From contig CM119372.1 in the NCBI GenBank assembly GCA_051294905.1, positions 30,940,001-31,004,000 on the forward strand: a DNA stretch of 64,000 nucleotides. The letters run 5' to 3'. This document shows, piece after piece, positions 1-12,254 of this stretch (position 1 is its first letter; the number at the start of each line of letters is the position of its first letter). Both the position numbers and the translations under genes were made by a program. This DNA is from Botryllus schlosseri. Its lineage: Eukaryota. Under the pieces are notes generated by a model that saw only the letters and a program-made list of their open reading frames with translations, did no database searches and was not told where the DNA came from.

Positions 1-69
1 TGGCACGAGTCGACTCTAGTATTGTGTACTCTTAATATTGATTATGACTTCACTGGAATGCAGGGTTGG

Positions 70-170
70 CACGTGACGTCATGAGGTTCACGTTCGCGTT
101 CACACAGAACCTTTCAAAAAGGTTCGCGTTCACACGAACCTGAACCTTTCAGAGGTTCACACCATCCCTA
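70..170 (-). mobile_element. Terminus of hAT-type MITE (same family as 12255-13262); remainder not recognisable or outside window
   Basis: 70-170 is a near-identical reverse complement of 12255-12355, ending in the TIR ...GTTCACACCATCCCTA with repeated GTTCAC/GAACC subterminal motifs. Confidence 0.85.
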
Positions 171-711
171 ATAAATATACTGTTGCTTCCATGATATTAC
201 ACGTATTATACGTGCGTGATGTGCCTATTGAAGTTTTCCCAGGGCGATGAAGCTACTAATTCCATTTTTATTGTTTGGTTTCGTTTCAAAGAACATTTGT
301 TTTCGCAGTTTGATGTCGCTGTCACTGATGTGTAGCATTGCGACGAACAGCAGAGCTAGGTTCACTGGGTTATTGTGGAAATGTTGACCAATGGATGAAT
401 TGTACGCCGTCACCTGTACAGTAGGCCATTCAAGATAAGCGATATATTGAGCAAATTGATATTGACCGGAGGTTCCTGTATTGCCGAATAGAATTGTTAC
501 TATAAACTTCCCAACTTGTACCACTGCGGACACTGCAACTGAACTGATTCCTACAATGCCACGTTACGGGATATAGGCTATCTACATCACGGTAACGCGA
601 GTGCGATACATTGGCACTAACCAAATCATTATTTTCGTGGTACGACAGTTTGACGTTCGTAAAACGGACTAGATTGAAATAGCGAATAATGATAAGTAAA
701 AAAGCCCTCAC

Positions 712-796
712 CATAGGACCGACGGTAGGCGCATATCGGGATGCAACTTCTCCTATACGATCGATTGAAAATTTGGAAGAGTTCCACTTGATAGAA
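712..796 (-). pseudogene. GPX4: GPX4/PHGPx-like glutathione peroxidase pseudogene, C-terminal exon
   Basis: tttcag|T TCT ATC AAG TGG AAC ... CCT ATG|gtgagg encodes (N)SIKWNSSKFSIDRIGEVASRYAPTVGPM, matching the GPx motif IKWNFTKFLID..G.VV.RY.P. Phase fits the upstream exon (AA|T = Asn). Confidence 0.85.
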
Positions 797-1424
797 CTGA
801 AATGCGAAACATACCGATAACATGATAACGATAAGTAACTATGAAGCGTGGAAGGTCGACGTCGAAACAATTCTTTGCCGAAAATCGTATAGGAAGTACA
901 TACATAAATGCAGTGAAACTAGCTCCTGAACTATTTCTACTGCGCTAGTTGGCACGAAGTAACCTCGGTGGAAGGCGATAACCCGTTGAATAGCCCCATC
1001 GCTTCAGTAATTTTTACCAGGACCCGCATACTAATCACGCTTCACGCTGCAATGAGCATTTTTGCAATTGATATGGTTGAGCCGACAAATATGTAAAAAT
1101 AATGAGATTCAAAACGTTATGCTCGTAGCCATTTTTCAGTACGGGCTTGCCTTGCGTGGAATCTAGGGTATTTTCAAAAAGAAAGAATTCCAAATCAGAA
1201 TGGTAAAGTACTCGAGTGACAGCCGTGTGCCACGCGCACGCTGCAATTATTGCAAAACTACGATATTGATGGATAATCCCTAGAATTTGAAGCTGGTACA
1301 CAATTGCTAACATTTCAACGTCGTAGCCATAACGTATCTTACAAAACAATGGTTAAGGAGGAGTGCAGACATCTCGATTCTGCGACCTACGCGAAAGGCA
1401 TGTGACAGACGAATTATAACTTAC

Positions 1425-1590
1425 TTCGTCAGATCAGAGCCCCTTTACCGTTTTTCTGACTCTTCATCCATTTGAACAACGGCAAAGCATCGTCGCCGTT
1501 GACTTCAATTTTGGAGAAAAGGTCGTAGGCCTACTTGGCGTTGTAAGTTTTCTGCGCGAATTCCTTTATAATTTCATTAGTTTCTGGTTC
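1425..1590 (-). pseudogene. GPX4: GPX4/PHGPx-like glutathione peroxidase pseudogene, central exon (disabled)
   Basis: ag|GAA CCA...AA|gtaagt encodes EPETNEIIKEFAQKTYNAK[*A][31 protein letters not shown], matching GPX4 EPG.N.EIKEFA..YNVKFDMFSKI.VNGDDAHPLWKWMK..KGKG. Contains an in-frame TAG (TAGGCC insertion) and a 5-nt TCTGA duplication giving frameshift/stop. Confidence 0.88.
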
Positions 1591-2401
1591 CTCTAAAATA
1601 TCAAGATATTCTATGAAGACTTACTGCTATTTGGAAGGCAATCGGGTGGCATTCATTCATATCTATATACTATTATTACAAATGACCCCATTCCACTATA
1701 CGACCGCATTGGTCCTCTGAATAACGTTAGATTCGCAGGTCAAAATAGTTGTCACACAACCGACGTGGCAAAATACATGCATTGCATCTGTTGCTGCCAA
1801 ACCAACTACCTGCGTTACAGGTAGGACGTATGAAGAGTCAGTATGGTATGGTCTGTCAGTCCAAGTCGGTGGACCACCTATTAAATACTTGTTTACTCAA
1901 AGAGTTTCAAAGTATAGCAAATGATATGAAATTCCTTCGGTTTATAAAACTCTACATTTTCATCAATGTCATAGTACCATGGGCAAACCACTATATGACA
2001 GTGTTGGGATGACTCGAGTCACCTTTCTCGTATGACTTGACTTGACTCGAGTCATTTTGCTAAAATGACTTGACTTGACCTGACTAGGCGTATCAGAAAT
2101 GCGGATTGACTCGTGACTCGGAGCAAAATTCACGAGTCAATTTCAAGTCATCAAGTAATCGGTGTCGGTAAAATTCACTGCATCTTCCATATGTTCGGAT
2201 TGTTCACGAAACGCTGTTGTAACCAGTGAGAGCGACCGATCATTCAATGATCGTATGTTTTACTGAGTCCCCATTGTTTTTTCACAAATATATTGACAAC
2301 AAACGAAGTGATCGAAGCTCACAGCTTGTGTTGTCGTAAACTAATAGTAAAGTAATTTAACAGCAAAATATCCATTTCTGTTATTTGTTCTTACCTTAGC
2401 C

Positions 2402-3549
2402 CAGTGGTTCCCAACGTGGGCGATATCGCCCCCCAGGGGGCGATTTGGCGGTCTAGGGGGGCGAAAATAACGAAGGGGGCGATGGGGGGGGGCGAAAACG
2501 GACGAAGGGGGCGATAGGGGGTGAAAACAACAAATGGGGCGATAGGGGGCGATGGCGCGTTAAAACGGCTTTATTGGAGTCGGGACCGTAACTACCGCAC
2601 CCCAACCCTCCCCCGCAATTGAGGGTGGGGGGCCCCGAAGCCGAAGGAAGCCCAAAATTATTTCGTGAATTAATATGAATGATAGAGTAATTTGATATTT
2701 TTATGAATGATAGAGTAATTTAATATTTTAATGTATCTTGATGTTTGGGGCCCCGTCACCCAACAAAATCCGCATGATTTTATGGAAATGGGAGACTTCG
2801 GCGTCGGCCATTACTGCGCCACGACGAACCAAGACATATGAAGTTAGAGGCCATGTAACATGCGACTCCGAGAAGTGTGCCAGAAAGATCTGCAGCGAGA
2901 AGACCTTGGCCGAAAAGGAATGCCCTTGTGCTTACCGAAAACTTCGATATATATACATATATGTTTAATTGTCTATAGGCGCCTCAGTGGCTGGCGTCGA
3001 ATGTTCCTGTCCTGGCGACCTTAGCCCTACAGGACAAATGCCCTCCCGCAAGGAAAAAATTATTTGCCAGTAAAGAAATACCAATACGAAATCATGTGCG
3101 TCTTTTAGTTTGGTACGTTTTGACGATTTCCATATCTTCTGGCATAGCAGATATAGGAGGTCACGAAATAGCATCATGTAAAGAAGTCAATATAACAACG
3201 ATTCCGCCCGAAGATGTTCAATTATTATTTACGGGTCCTACCTTTTTCAGCATACCACATTGACCATATTGACCGATATGAATTTGTCGCGCTTCGCGCG
3301 TTTAGGCGAAATACGGTGACTCACCAAACAGTACATGAAATAGGGTATAGCTAATACGTAGCGACAAAAAGCCCACAGTCTGAGGGGGGTCTGGGGTTTG
3401 GTTTATCACCCTATGGGGCCAAAGACCAACGTTTTTTCCGGGGGAGGGGCTGACGAAGTGCTGTTTTTCGGTTCCCAATATTTGGGGGGCGATGATCGGT
3501 GTTGAGCTTCAAAGGGGGGCGATGAGTCGAAAAAGGTTGGGAACCACTG
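2402..3549. mobile_element. hAT (Charlie/Buster-type) MITE carrying captured internal sequence
   Basis: TIRs CAGTGGTTCCCAAC / GTTGGGAACCACTG; perfect 8-bp TSD CCTTAGCC (2394-2401, 3550-3557); GGGGGCGA subterminal repeats. Confidence 0.93.
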
Positions 3550-3768
3550 CCTTAGCCAAACATCTTGTTTTATTGAAATTGAATTCGAATATAGCTTATA
3601 CTCCTCAACCATTGGCGCAGGCTTGAATTGTATCATATCAATTCGTTTCTCTATTTTGGCTGGTAACTATGAACTGAGGCTATGCAATTACTTACGTAGT
3701 TTAACAGTTTTACGTATATGTGAGAGATAGAGCGCCTTCTTGCGTGTACTGTACATTCAACTCTATAT

Positions 3769-4894
3769 TAGGGTTACCATATTTCTGCAACCCAAATTCC
3801 GGACACTTTAGTGCCCACTAGTGGATTTCAAAATTAGTTATGACGTCACAATAGCAAAGCTTTGCTCACGGATCAGAGGTGGCCACGATCCGGTTCAGGA
3901 GTATGTGGCTGTGTGTTGTGTAACCGGGACCGAAAGCACATGTTTTCAGCCACTTCGAGCGCAAATAAACAATGATTTTGATCCCACACTATAGGGTAAT
4001 CGATGCAACTTCTGGGGGGAGGGGTGCTTGCTATATGAATCAAGTTTCTATATGCTTCTGGTCGTTAAATTATTTGAATGAATTCTGTCAATGATATTGG
4101 TTGTTCCGGGGCCTACGATACGTAGGCCCCGGTTGTTCTATGTATTACTATTTAAATACTACTCTCCGCCCACATGATCAGAGTTAGCGGTACAGCTGGT
4201 GGAGGATGATGAGTTCGAAAATACAGGGAGCGTAATTGCCCATCGTTAAGTCATGCTCATGTCCTACCGATAAGATTGCTTGTCAGCCTTATGCCGGTGC
4301 GCGCTACGGAGATTTATAAACACCCCATATCCAGTGATTTCGACTCCATCTCCAATTCGAAAATGTTCCGTGGCCCAGATCAAAATTTGACGAGCTGATT
4401 ACAAAACGAAGTCAACGCCTTTGCTAAGACTTACTCACGCGCTATTTTGGAAGCTTATTACATTCAACATATTCGCAAACTCCAGAATAAAGGCAAGCTT
4501 TGAATTAATCTTTGAATTAGGCATTCAAATTGCCTTGACGATATCTAGGAATATACCGTTCTCCTATAATTGCCATTACAATTAGGATTATTCCGGTAAA
4601 TGAAGGTTGTTTTTATTCACATTTTATCGCAGTTTTTGCGAGGATGGTAGTCTCTATATTAAAATCAATAAATGTGATAGCAAATCGCGCGCAACGCGAA
4701 GAAAAATATCATGCATCAGCATAAATATTCTAAAAAAATACTGTTTTCATGCTGATTTACGAAAAAATTATGATCCTACGTGAAGTCTTCAAAATTCCGG
4801 ACATTTGGCATATTTTAGAAATTCCTCCCGGACGCTAGCTTGAACAGTGAAATTCCGGACATGTCCGGGAAATTCCGGACGTATGGCAACCCTA
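3769..4894. mobile_element. hAT (Tip100/Blackjack-like) non-autonomous element
   Basis: TIRs TAGGGTTACCATA / TATGGCAACCCTA; AAATTCCGGAC subterminal repeats at both ends; TSD degenerate (CTCTATAT vs ATCCATAC). Confidence 0.8.
4107..4131. mobile_element. 25-bp hairpin insertion with 7-bp TSD (candidate minimal P-like element)
   Basis: CGGGGCCTACG-ATA-CGTAGGCCCCG (perfect 11-bp arms) flanked by direct repeats GTTGTTC (4100-4106, 4132-4138). Confidence 0.65.
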
Positions 4895-5341
4895 ATCCAT
4901 ACAAAGATATGAACTGACGGCTAGTGGCAATATTAGCATCAGAGGAAGGTCACCAGTGACTGCTTACTTCTTATTCCAGTCGAAATCAATTCAACAGTAT
5001 TTGTGGGATGTCAGACAAACAATGTTATTAGCTTACTATATTTATTGAAGCGGCGCTGCGTAACCGCATGTTATATACGGCAAATGACAAAAGTCCGCGG
5101 GATTGGGTGTGCCACACACACGCACACACACAGCTATTTCATGCAAGATCTCGTCCTATACGATATACGAGCTTACAGCATGACACAGCGTGTCGCAGCA
5201 TCAGGTGTACTCACTCTGACAGTTGCACACTGCACAGTGCACACTATTAATTTTCGGGGTACGACAGCTGCTATTCATACCAGTCAAGGAGCTTAAAAGG
5301 TCACGAGAGCCTAAAAAGGAAAAATTATCAAGACTCTAAAG

Positions 5342-7407
5342 CAGTGATTTCCAAGCGCCGCCCCAGATAGATTTCTTGCGGCCCCCAAAATATATCAAGA
5401 AATCGATTCATGACAAAAAATGAAATTTATATTTATAAAATACTGTTGCTTGGCTTGGCCTCTGTAGTTTTTAAATATAGAATTGCAGGAATTTGCAGGA
5501 AAGTTGTGAGTATAGACTGCTAACGTTACGTCACTGCTGTTTCAATGCAATGTGCCCTAACTGTCCAGTTGAACGAGCAGTAGCTATAGATATAAATAGG
5601 TATTGATAACTTTCAAAACCGGAGGAAAATCCTGAAAAATGGTAAATTTTTCCCACTTCGTGGCCGCTTGACTAAATAAGAAAAAGAGGCTCAACTCCCG
5701 GAAAATAGTTTTTCTTTCACATTAACAGGTGGTTGACTGAAAAAAAAGGTCAACTTTCCAGTCCAGCTCCCGAAATAGCCGCCGTAGCGTTCCTACAGTG
5801 CTGACTTAATGTATATCAGTCGAATTTGGCCCTATATGTAACCAAAATCCTCAAAAAAGAAGACAAAATCTCTAAAAAGACGACATTTGGGCGTCCTCCG
5901 AGGACACTTCAAAAAAAATCAAAGAGGACAAATCATCTTAAAAGAGGACGTATGGTAACACTATGATAACTAAATGTGCAACACGTGACTCACGGTTGAA
6001 TACGCCGAGATGCATACTGCTTAGCCGGCTAAAAGCAGCATAATTGGTAGTCCTATAGTCAGGGCCGTAACTGCCGCACCCCAAACCCTACAATTGAGGG
6101 GGCCGAGCTCGAAGGGGGCCCAAAATTATTTCGTGAATTGGCATAATTCATAGAGTATTTTTTTGAAAATTTACGCAACTTTTTTGAAAATTTTTCGCGC
6201 TATGCGCGATTTCAATTCGCCACATATCTTGATTATTGGGTACTCTTCCCCAAGAAAAAATACGCAAGATTAATAGAAATGGGCTTATCAGCGTTGGCCA
6301 TGACCGCACCACAACGCACCAAGACATATAAAGTTTCAGGCCATGTAACATGCGACTCCAAGAAGTGTGTCAGAACGATCGTCAGCGAGAAAGCCTTGGC
6401 CGTAAAGGACTGCTTTTATGCTGACCAAAAACTTCGAAATACCAAAAACTTCGTTGTATATACAAAATACATATAGGTTTAATTGTCCATATAGGCGCCT
6501 AAATGACTGGCGCCGAATGTTCTTGTCTTGGCAATCTGAACCTCACAAGACAAATATCATCCCGCAGGAAAGAAAATGATATGCCAGTGAAGAAATACCA
6601 ATCTGAAATTGTGTGATCTTTCAGTTTAGTAGATTTGGGCAATCCTACATTTTTGATATAGCAGACAGGAGGTCGCGAAATAACATCATGTAAAGAAGTC
6701 ATACCTAGGGGTCCGTCCGCCGAAGATGTTTTTTTTACTGGGTCTACAGTTTCAAATACACCTCTCACTCCGCTCTACCGGTAAATCTGATTACGTGGGC
6801 AAAGAGGGCAACCATGCAATTCCCGATCTTATTCACCGATCTTATCATGAATTATCAAAATATTCGTGCGTCGCGCTGTCTCACTAAACAGTACAACTTT
6901 AATTTCGTGGCAAAAGCGAACAGGATGCGGGGTCAGTTTATCACCCTATAGGAGCGCGGGGTCCAGAAGAAGTGCTGTTACGTTCCTGCCAACGGGTATA
7001 CCCCCGGAGATGTTTGATTACTATTGAGGGGGCCCATACCTTTTCAAACATACCTCACTCAGCTCTACCGGTAAATCAGATTACGTGAACAGTGACAGGA
7101 TGAAAATTGATCGCAATACATGCAATTCCCGATCATATTGACCGATTCAGTCATGAAACTAAAGAAATTTCTCGCGCTTGGCGCGTTTAAGCGAGAAATG
7201 CTGATTCTCTCAACCGACACCCAATGCAGCAGATAAGTAGCGGTAAACAGTGTACAGTTTTGAAATCTCGCCAGGGCAATAAAACTACTCCGAAATAGTC
7301 ATAATGACTGTGTGGGTCCGTTTCATAGCCGTAGTATTCATGCGGCCCCGACCGTACTCTGAAATTCTAAATTTGGCCCTCACACCGAAAAAGTTTGGGA
7401 ACCACTG
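5342..7407. mobile_element. Composite hAT (Charlie-type) MITE with nested fragments
   Basis: Ends CAGTGATTTCCAAG / TTTGGGAACCACTG; imperfect TSD CTCTAAAG / CTCTATAA; contains a Tip100-like end (~5940-5962) and the CAGGGCCGTAACT segment (6060-~7000). Confidence 0.65.
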
Positions 7408-9524
7408 CTCTATAAAGATTCAGGGCGTGTGGGATTTTCGACAAGTCTTTCATTACACGCACTGCGTAGACTACATATACAATGTACATGTACTCGTACC
7501 TTGCAATGCCTGAACAATTGAACATGCGTTCATTATGACCGCTAATCAACACTGTCCACCACTGCTAATTAACATTGGTCGATGCGGATCACAGACTATG
7601 GCAAGACTTGGTTTGGGGGTACGAATATTCGCCGTATAACGCTCGCTGATATATCTCATGCGTCGATAGAGGCCCGTAGGATAAATATATTCAGCCCTAT
7701 AGGATTTGCCATGATAGCTCTTCTACTGTGAACAACTTCAGTATCTATAAGTCGTAGATATACAAAAAAAAAAGGACCTCGTAGTAGGATAGGTTACCCA
7801 ACTTGAGGTAAAAAAGAAAGCCAGATAAATGCATTAGAACAAGCTTACATTAAACCGGGATTTAAAGCGTTTCGATGACGCCGCAGAGAAAAGCTACCAC
7901 TACCTCAACGCTCCCTTCATCTACAACTGACAAATACTGCTAGCGTGCTGTTACCAGGCAAGGAGACGGGATCAAAAGTGTGATGATTAACGTCCGAGGG
8001 TAAATCATAATTGGATTGGATCAAATGGAGGACGCGTGGCACTTATTACCAAGCTACTTTCAAGCAGCTGCATATCTATGATCTGGGTACTGTGCGTGAG
8101 ATTGGAGCCCGCTTGTCGAAATTAGAATCCGGATTGTTTGCTTCCAATATCTCGTATATCCATCGTCATTTTCAAAGGGGGTATATAATATCGGAAAGCT
8201 CCTTTTGCTTCATTTCCACTCCCCTGTTTGTGTAACGAGAGAACGTCCCGGTGGCTGTCCATGAGGGGTGTTCAAAAACTTTTTGTTTCAACTTTCATAG
8301 GCTTACTTGTCAAATCGTCAAGTTAGCCAAAAATCGGTGCATGCCAAATTTGACTCAATTCCAAACAGTAGATGCCGAGGTCAGCCAAATTGAAATTTCG
8401 GCCATTTTTGAAATAATTGTATTTACGGTAGCCAATTTCGTCACTCCGACATGACCAAAAATCGTGTCCCAGTTATGCCTGAAGAGGCAGGAATGTCTTT
8501 CCATTCGCTTCTATCTTGACAAGGGCCTACGGTGGATTTTGGATGAAGACATCGCCAGTTAACTAAAAAAAGATATGACACGGATTAGCTGGAATTAGTG
8601 CACTTCATTGAAATAGCCACGTTGAAAGGATGGTGAGATCATTTTCAAATAGAGTACTTTACAGACTGAAATTAACGACCACGAAAAGGAAATGACCTGA
8701 CAAGCAGGTAAAATATGGGTAAATATATTTCTCAAGTGATAGTCAATATCTAGAAAAACTTTTGTCGGATCAATGTAGATTTCACGAAATCAAAGCGAAG
8801 TTTGTGACTGTATTCTTCACAATGCATTGTGATATTATGATATATTATTATTTGCTTTTAAGCACTCCTATATTCCTCTTACAAGTGAATTGTGACTTAT
8901 GGAAAATACATTCTATATTCAGTGGAATTAGATTATCCTTCATTATATGTATAGTGAACTCGGGTCATGTATCGATAGGATGCTCGAGGAATCTCGCCTT
9001 TGGTTCATTATGATCACAATTTTTCCTCCAATCAAAAGTTATTGTATTCTTGTCATTTCATGTCCTTCGAACGTTCGCACCACCCATACCAAATACAATC
9101 ACCTGAGTGAGTAACGGGTGTAGGGTGTAGTTAGACAAAGCCCACTTGAGCTCGACGCAAAACTAGAAGTACTTCGCTAATCGAGACGCCAGCTTTGCAG
9201 TTTACGCCAGGCTCGTAGCCAGAGAGGGGCGGTTCGGGGGTCGGAACCCCCTCCTTTAGAAGCGCGAAACCCCGTCCTTTTCAAATGAGCGTTCTGACGC
9301 TAATACTCGGTTGCAGTTCAACAAGTCGTATTATCAGTGTTGCGCTCGGCCAATTACCGAAAGGCGTGTTGCCGATTAGCGAGATTCGTCCTTGCGCCTT
9401 GTACTGCACAATGTAACACGAAAAGATCTCCCGCTGAGATAATTGCGAAATTAGGTCATTCATTGCCGCGCGCTCGGCAATTGTTGCTATCCTAATTTAT
9501 CGCGTCTCCAACAAGCCTAGTTCC

Positions 9525-9685
9525 GCTGGCTTGAATAATCGCATCTGCAATAGGCCCGGTGCGCACTATCATCGTTGGCCTGCCCTACACAATCGCACCT
9601 GCATTGGCGTGGTGTGCACGATATCATCGCTGGCCTACACAATCACATCTGCAATAGGCCTAGTACGAAAGATATCGCTAGCCTA
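9525..9685. repeat. Degenerate tandem repeat, ~3 copies of a ~50-55 bp unit
   Basis: Recurring CGCTGGCC..ACAATCGCATCTGCAATAGGCC.GGTG...ATATC. Confidence 0.7.
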
Positions 9686-10539
9686 ACTCCAGCGTCTTGG
9701 GCCTACCATGCTTTGGCTCCTATTTCCCGATGGCTTGGATAAAATGCCGTTAGGTATATGCTGATTAGCGATTGTCATTAAAGAGTGACATCTCGAAACT
9801 GAATGACATCGACTGTCCGCAAACATGTGCGTCTCGTGCGTACATGCGTAATTGAATTCCGCTAATACATTTTGACTCGCGCAAATCGTCGCCGAGGCTA
9901 CGTAAGACGCAGGACGCATTGATAAGCGCGCGTATTTGTTGTTCCACGTGTTGATAAGCGCGCGTAAACAAGGCCCTTGTTTGAAAAATGTTTTTTAGGC
10001 CATTACGTCATGAAATGTGACGTCATCGTGGATTGACATTGATTGTTGAAAATATATGGTAAATATAGATCCTTTGACGAAATATCTTGCTGTTGAACCG
10101 ACTATTTTGAGGGTTCCAACCATCTCATATCGATATACGTCAGCTTTATCGGGTGGTAATTGTCCGACGTACGTAGGCTCATACAACATCTTTCTTGGAA
10201 AGTATTTACACAATTATGGCATAATTTTACAACTTAATAAAAACACATTTTTAAAAACCTTTGTACCAAACAGGTGTTTTAAAACACCGTTTGTTTTAAA
10301 TGCAACCCTATCTACATCACAATGTTTCATCGTGCGCTTCTTGTAACATTCATTTGGCCTTTTATGATTCCCAATGAGCAGTTAATGATAAGTTTACCGG
10401 CAGTGCAAACATCTACGATACAAACGAAGTGCAGGTAGCAAAAAATGTTTGACTTTGTAAACAATTTTGACAATTTTTTGACCTAACCCTACGATTTTGA
10501 CATATTTAAACATATCAAAAAAATCGACCTAGTCATTAC

Positions 10540-11556
10540 TAGGGCCATTTAAAGTCATTAAAGTCATATTTTTTTCTATGCATCAGTAAGTCGTGAAATC
10601 AATTTTAACGCAAAAACCGCATCCATATGGGGTATATTAAGAAAGTTATAAAGTCATATAAAGTCATATTTTCCTGGTTAGGTCATATTTGAGTTATAAA
10701 GTCATATTGTTGTATACTTTGAATAAAAAGTGCCAATTGACGCAATTACGCACTAAGAAAGTAAGGCAATTTCCGATTGAACGAAGGCAAACTGTAAGGT
10801 TAGCCTACATAACATTACAGTCGCAGACCTACGAGGTCACACATTGCATTATGAGGTCACACATTGCATTGTGTTGCTACACAATCTGTTTTACTTCTGT
10901 GCACTGAAGTGTGACGTCGTTTGAAGTTCCGAGACTTCCACAAGTGAAAGAAATAGTCAACGCATGGGAAGCTGAAGGAGTTATTGTAAAGAGCGTCAAA
11001 GATTCAGTGAACGATCCAAAGTTGACGAGTTAACAGAAATATGCCTCCACTACAACAATATTTCAAACTTGATACTGAAAATGTAACGTACACTATCAAA
11101 GAGGCTCATGCTGATCTAAATGCCCTCGAATTCGGAAAAGATCCTCTTGAGCTCAAAAATTCTTTTAAGAAGCGACTGGACAAAAACGATGTGAAACAAA
11201 TTATGGAGCTACAAAGACAAGACATTTCACCAGCGCTGTATGCAAAACTGCAAAAGTGTCAACACACATCAGCGTCTGTGGAGCGCTCATTTCCCTTACC
11301 AAAGTCATTTTTACGTCCAAATCGTAACTTAAAAGACTCAAACATTCCACACTACATGAAACTACCACAAAAGTGGTTTAAAATAAAAATGGATGCGTAT
11401 TACTGTTATATTGTTCATGTTTTACTCGTCAGTTCCATGAGTGACGTTGGTTACATGTAAAAATACACGATTTTCGCATAAAGTCATATAAAGTCATATT
11501 TTACCAAAAATAAAGTCATATATTTGATTTTTTAAGGTCATATAAAAATGGCCCTA
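10540..11556 (+). mobile_element. Internally deleted hAT element with transposase C-terminal remnant
   Basis: TIRs TAGGGCCATTT / AAATGGCCCTA; perfect TSD GTCATTAC; AAAGTCATAT subterminal repeats; ORF 11041-11460 has TSASVERSF, the hAT C-terminal catalytic Glu/dimerisation motif. Confidence 0.92.
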
Positions 11557-12254
11557 GTCATTACATTACATGACAAATCCCATGATACTCAACTTCTATA
11601 TTCTGCCACCATGACGGAACTTTAACTGTGATGTAACAATCGAATTACATAGTATGACTCTTTGGGAATTACTTTGAAAATATGAATATGACTCTTTTGA
11701 TTAAAAAGATTCCCGAACCATGGTTGACCCCAGAGCCCCAATTGCGTTGAGTTATAGATCATATAAAGTCCCCTGCTATTACTAAACGGCGCTTCTTGAT
11801 GCGATGGAAACATATTTTCCCGGCAATGATCTACACGTGCCCACTGGCGCCTTGTTGCGAACCATACCCATATTAATCATAGAGTTAGCACGAACCATGT
11901 CATCCTTAATATTACATCCCCCGTCATTTTTTTTCAACAACCATGAAGTTGGTATATATTTCCTGTTGCTCCTGCTGTTCGCTAACGCGGCTAATCCATT
12001 GCAGAAACATTAAACCCGCAGACGATTTTATATTTTTGGTCGTACTTCGCAGCTTACATAATAAATCATCCAAACAAGAAATATCACAAGAACTATCAAC
12101 GACGAGAGGAAAGGAACTCGGTAAATTTAATCGAGTCAACCTATATACATTTTAATAGTGTGTAACTGTGCAATTATGCGTAAAGTAAAGACATAGTATA
12201 TTAGACTTGTATATCATCACTATTCTACGATTCTACTACTACTATGCTGTTTTA

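Noticed and set aside
170..710. Last GPX4 exon and SECIS element
   Set aside because: No convincing exon or SECIS stem-loop found by eye; needs a dedicated SECIS search.
225..1349. ORF-track proteins 225-533, 430-870, 1035-1349
   Set aside because: Only 712-796 is recognisably coding (GPx exon); the rest reads through intron-like sequence with no motifs.
2410..2555. GGGGGCGA array as CRISPR or G-quadruplex system
   Set aside because: Subterminal repeats of a hAT MITE in a eukaryotic genome; no repeat-spacer structure or cas genes.
7850..8710. Possible LTR retrotransposon RT/RNase H debris (e.g. TKKRYDTD*LEL, RPRKGN)
   Set aside because: Too degraded, many stops, no LTRs; not supportable without a search.
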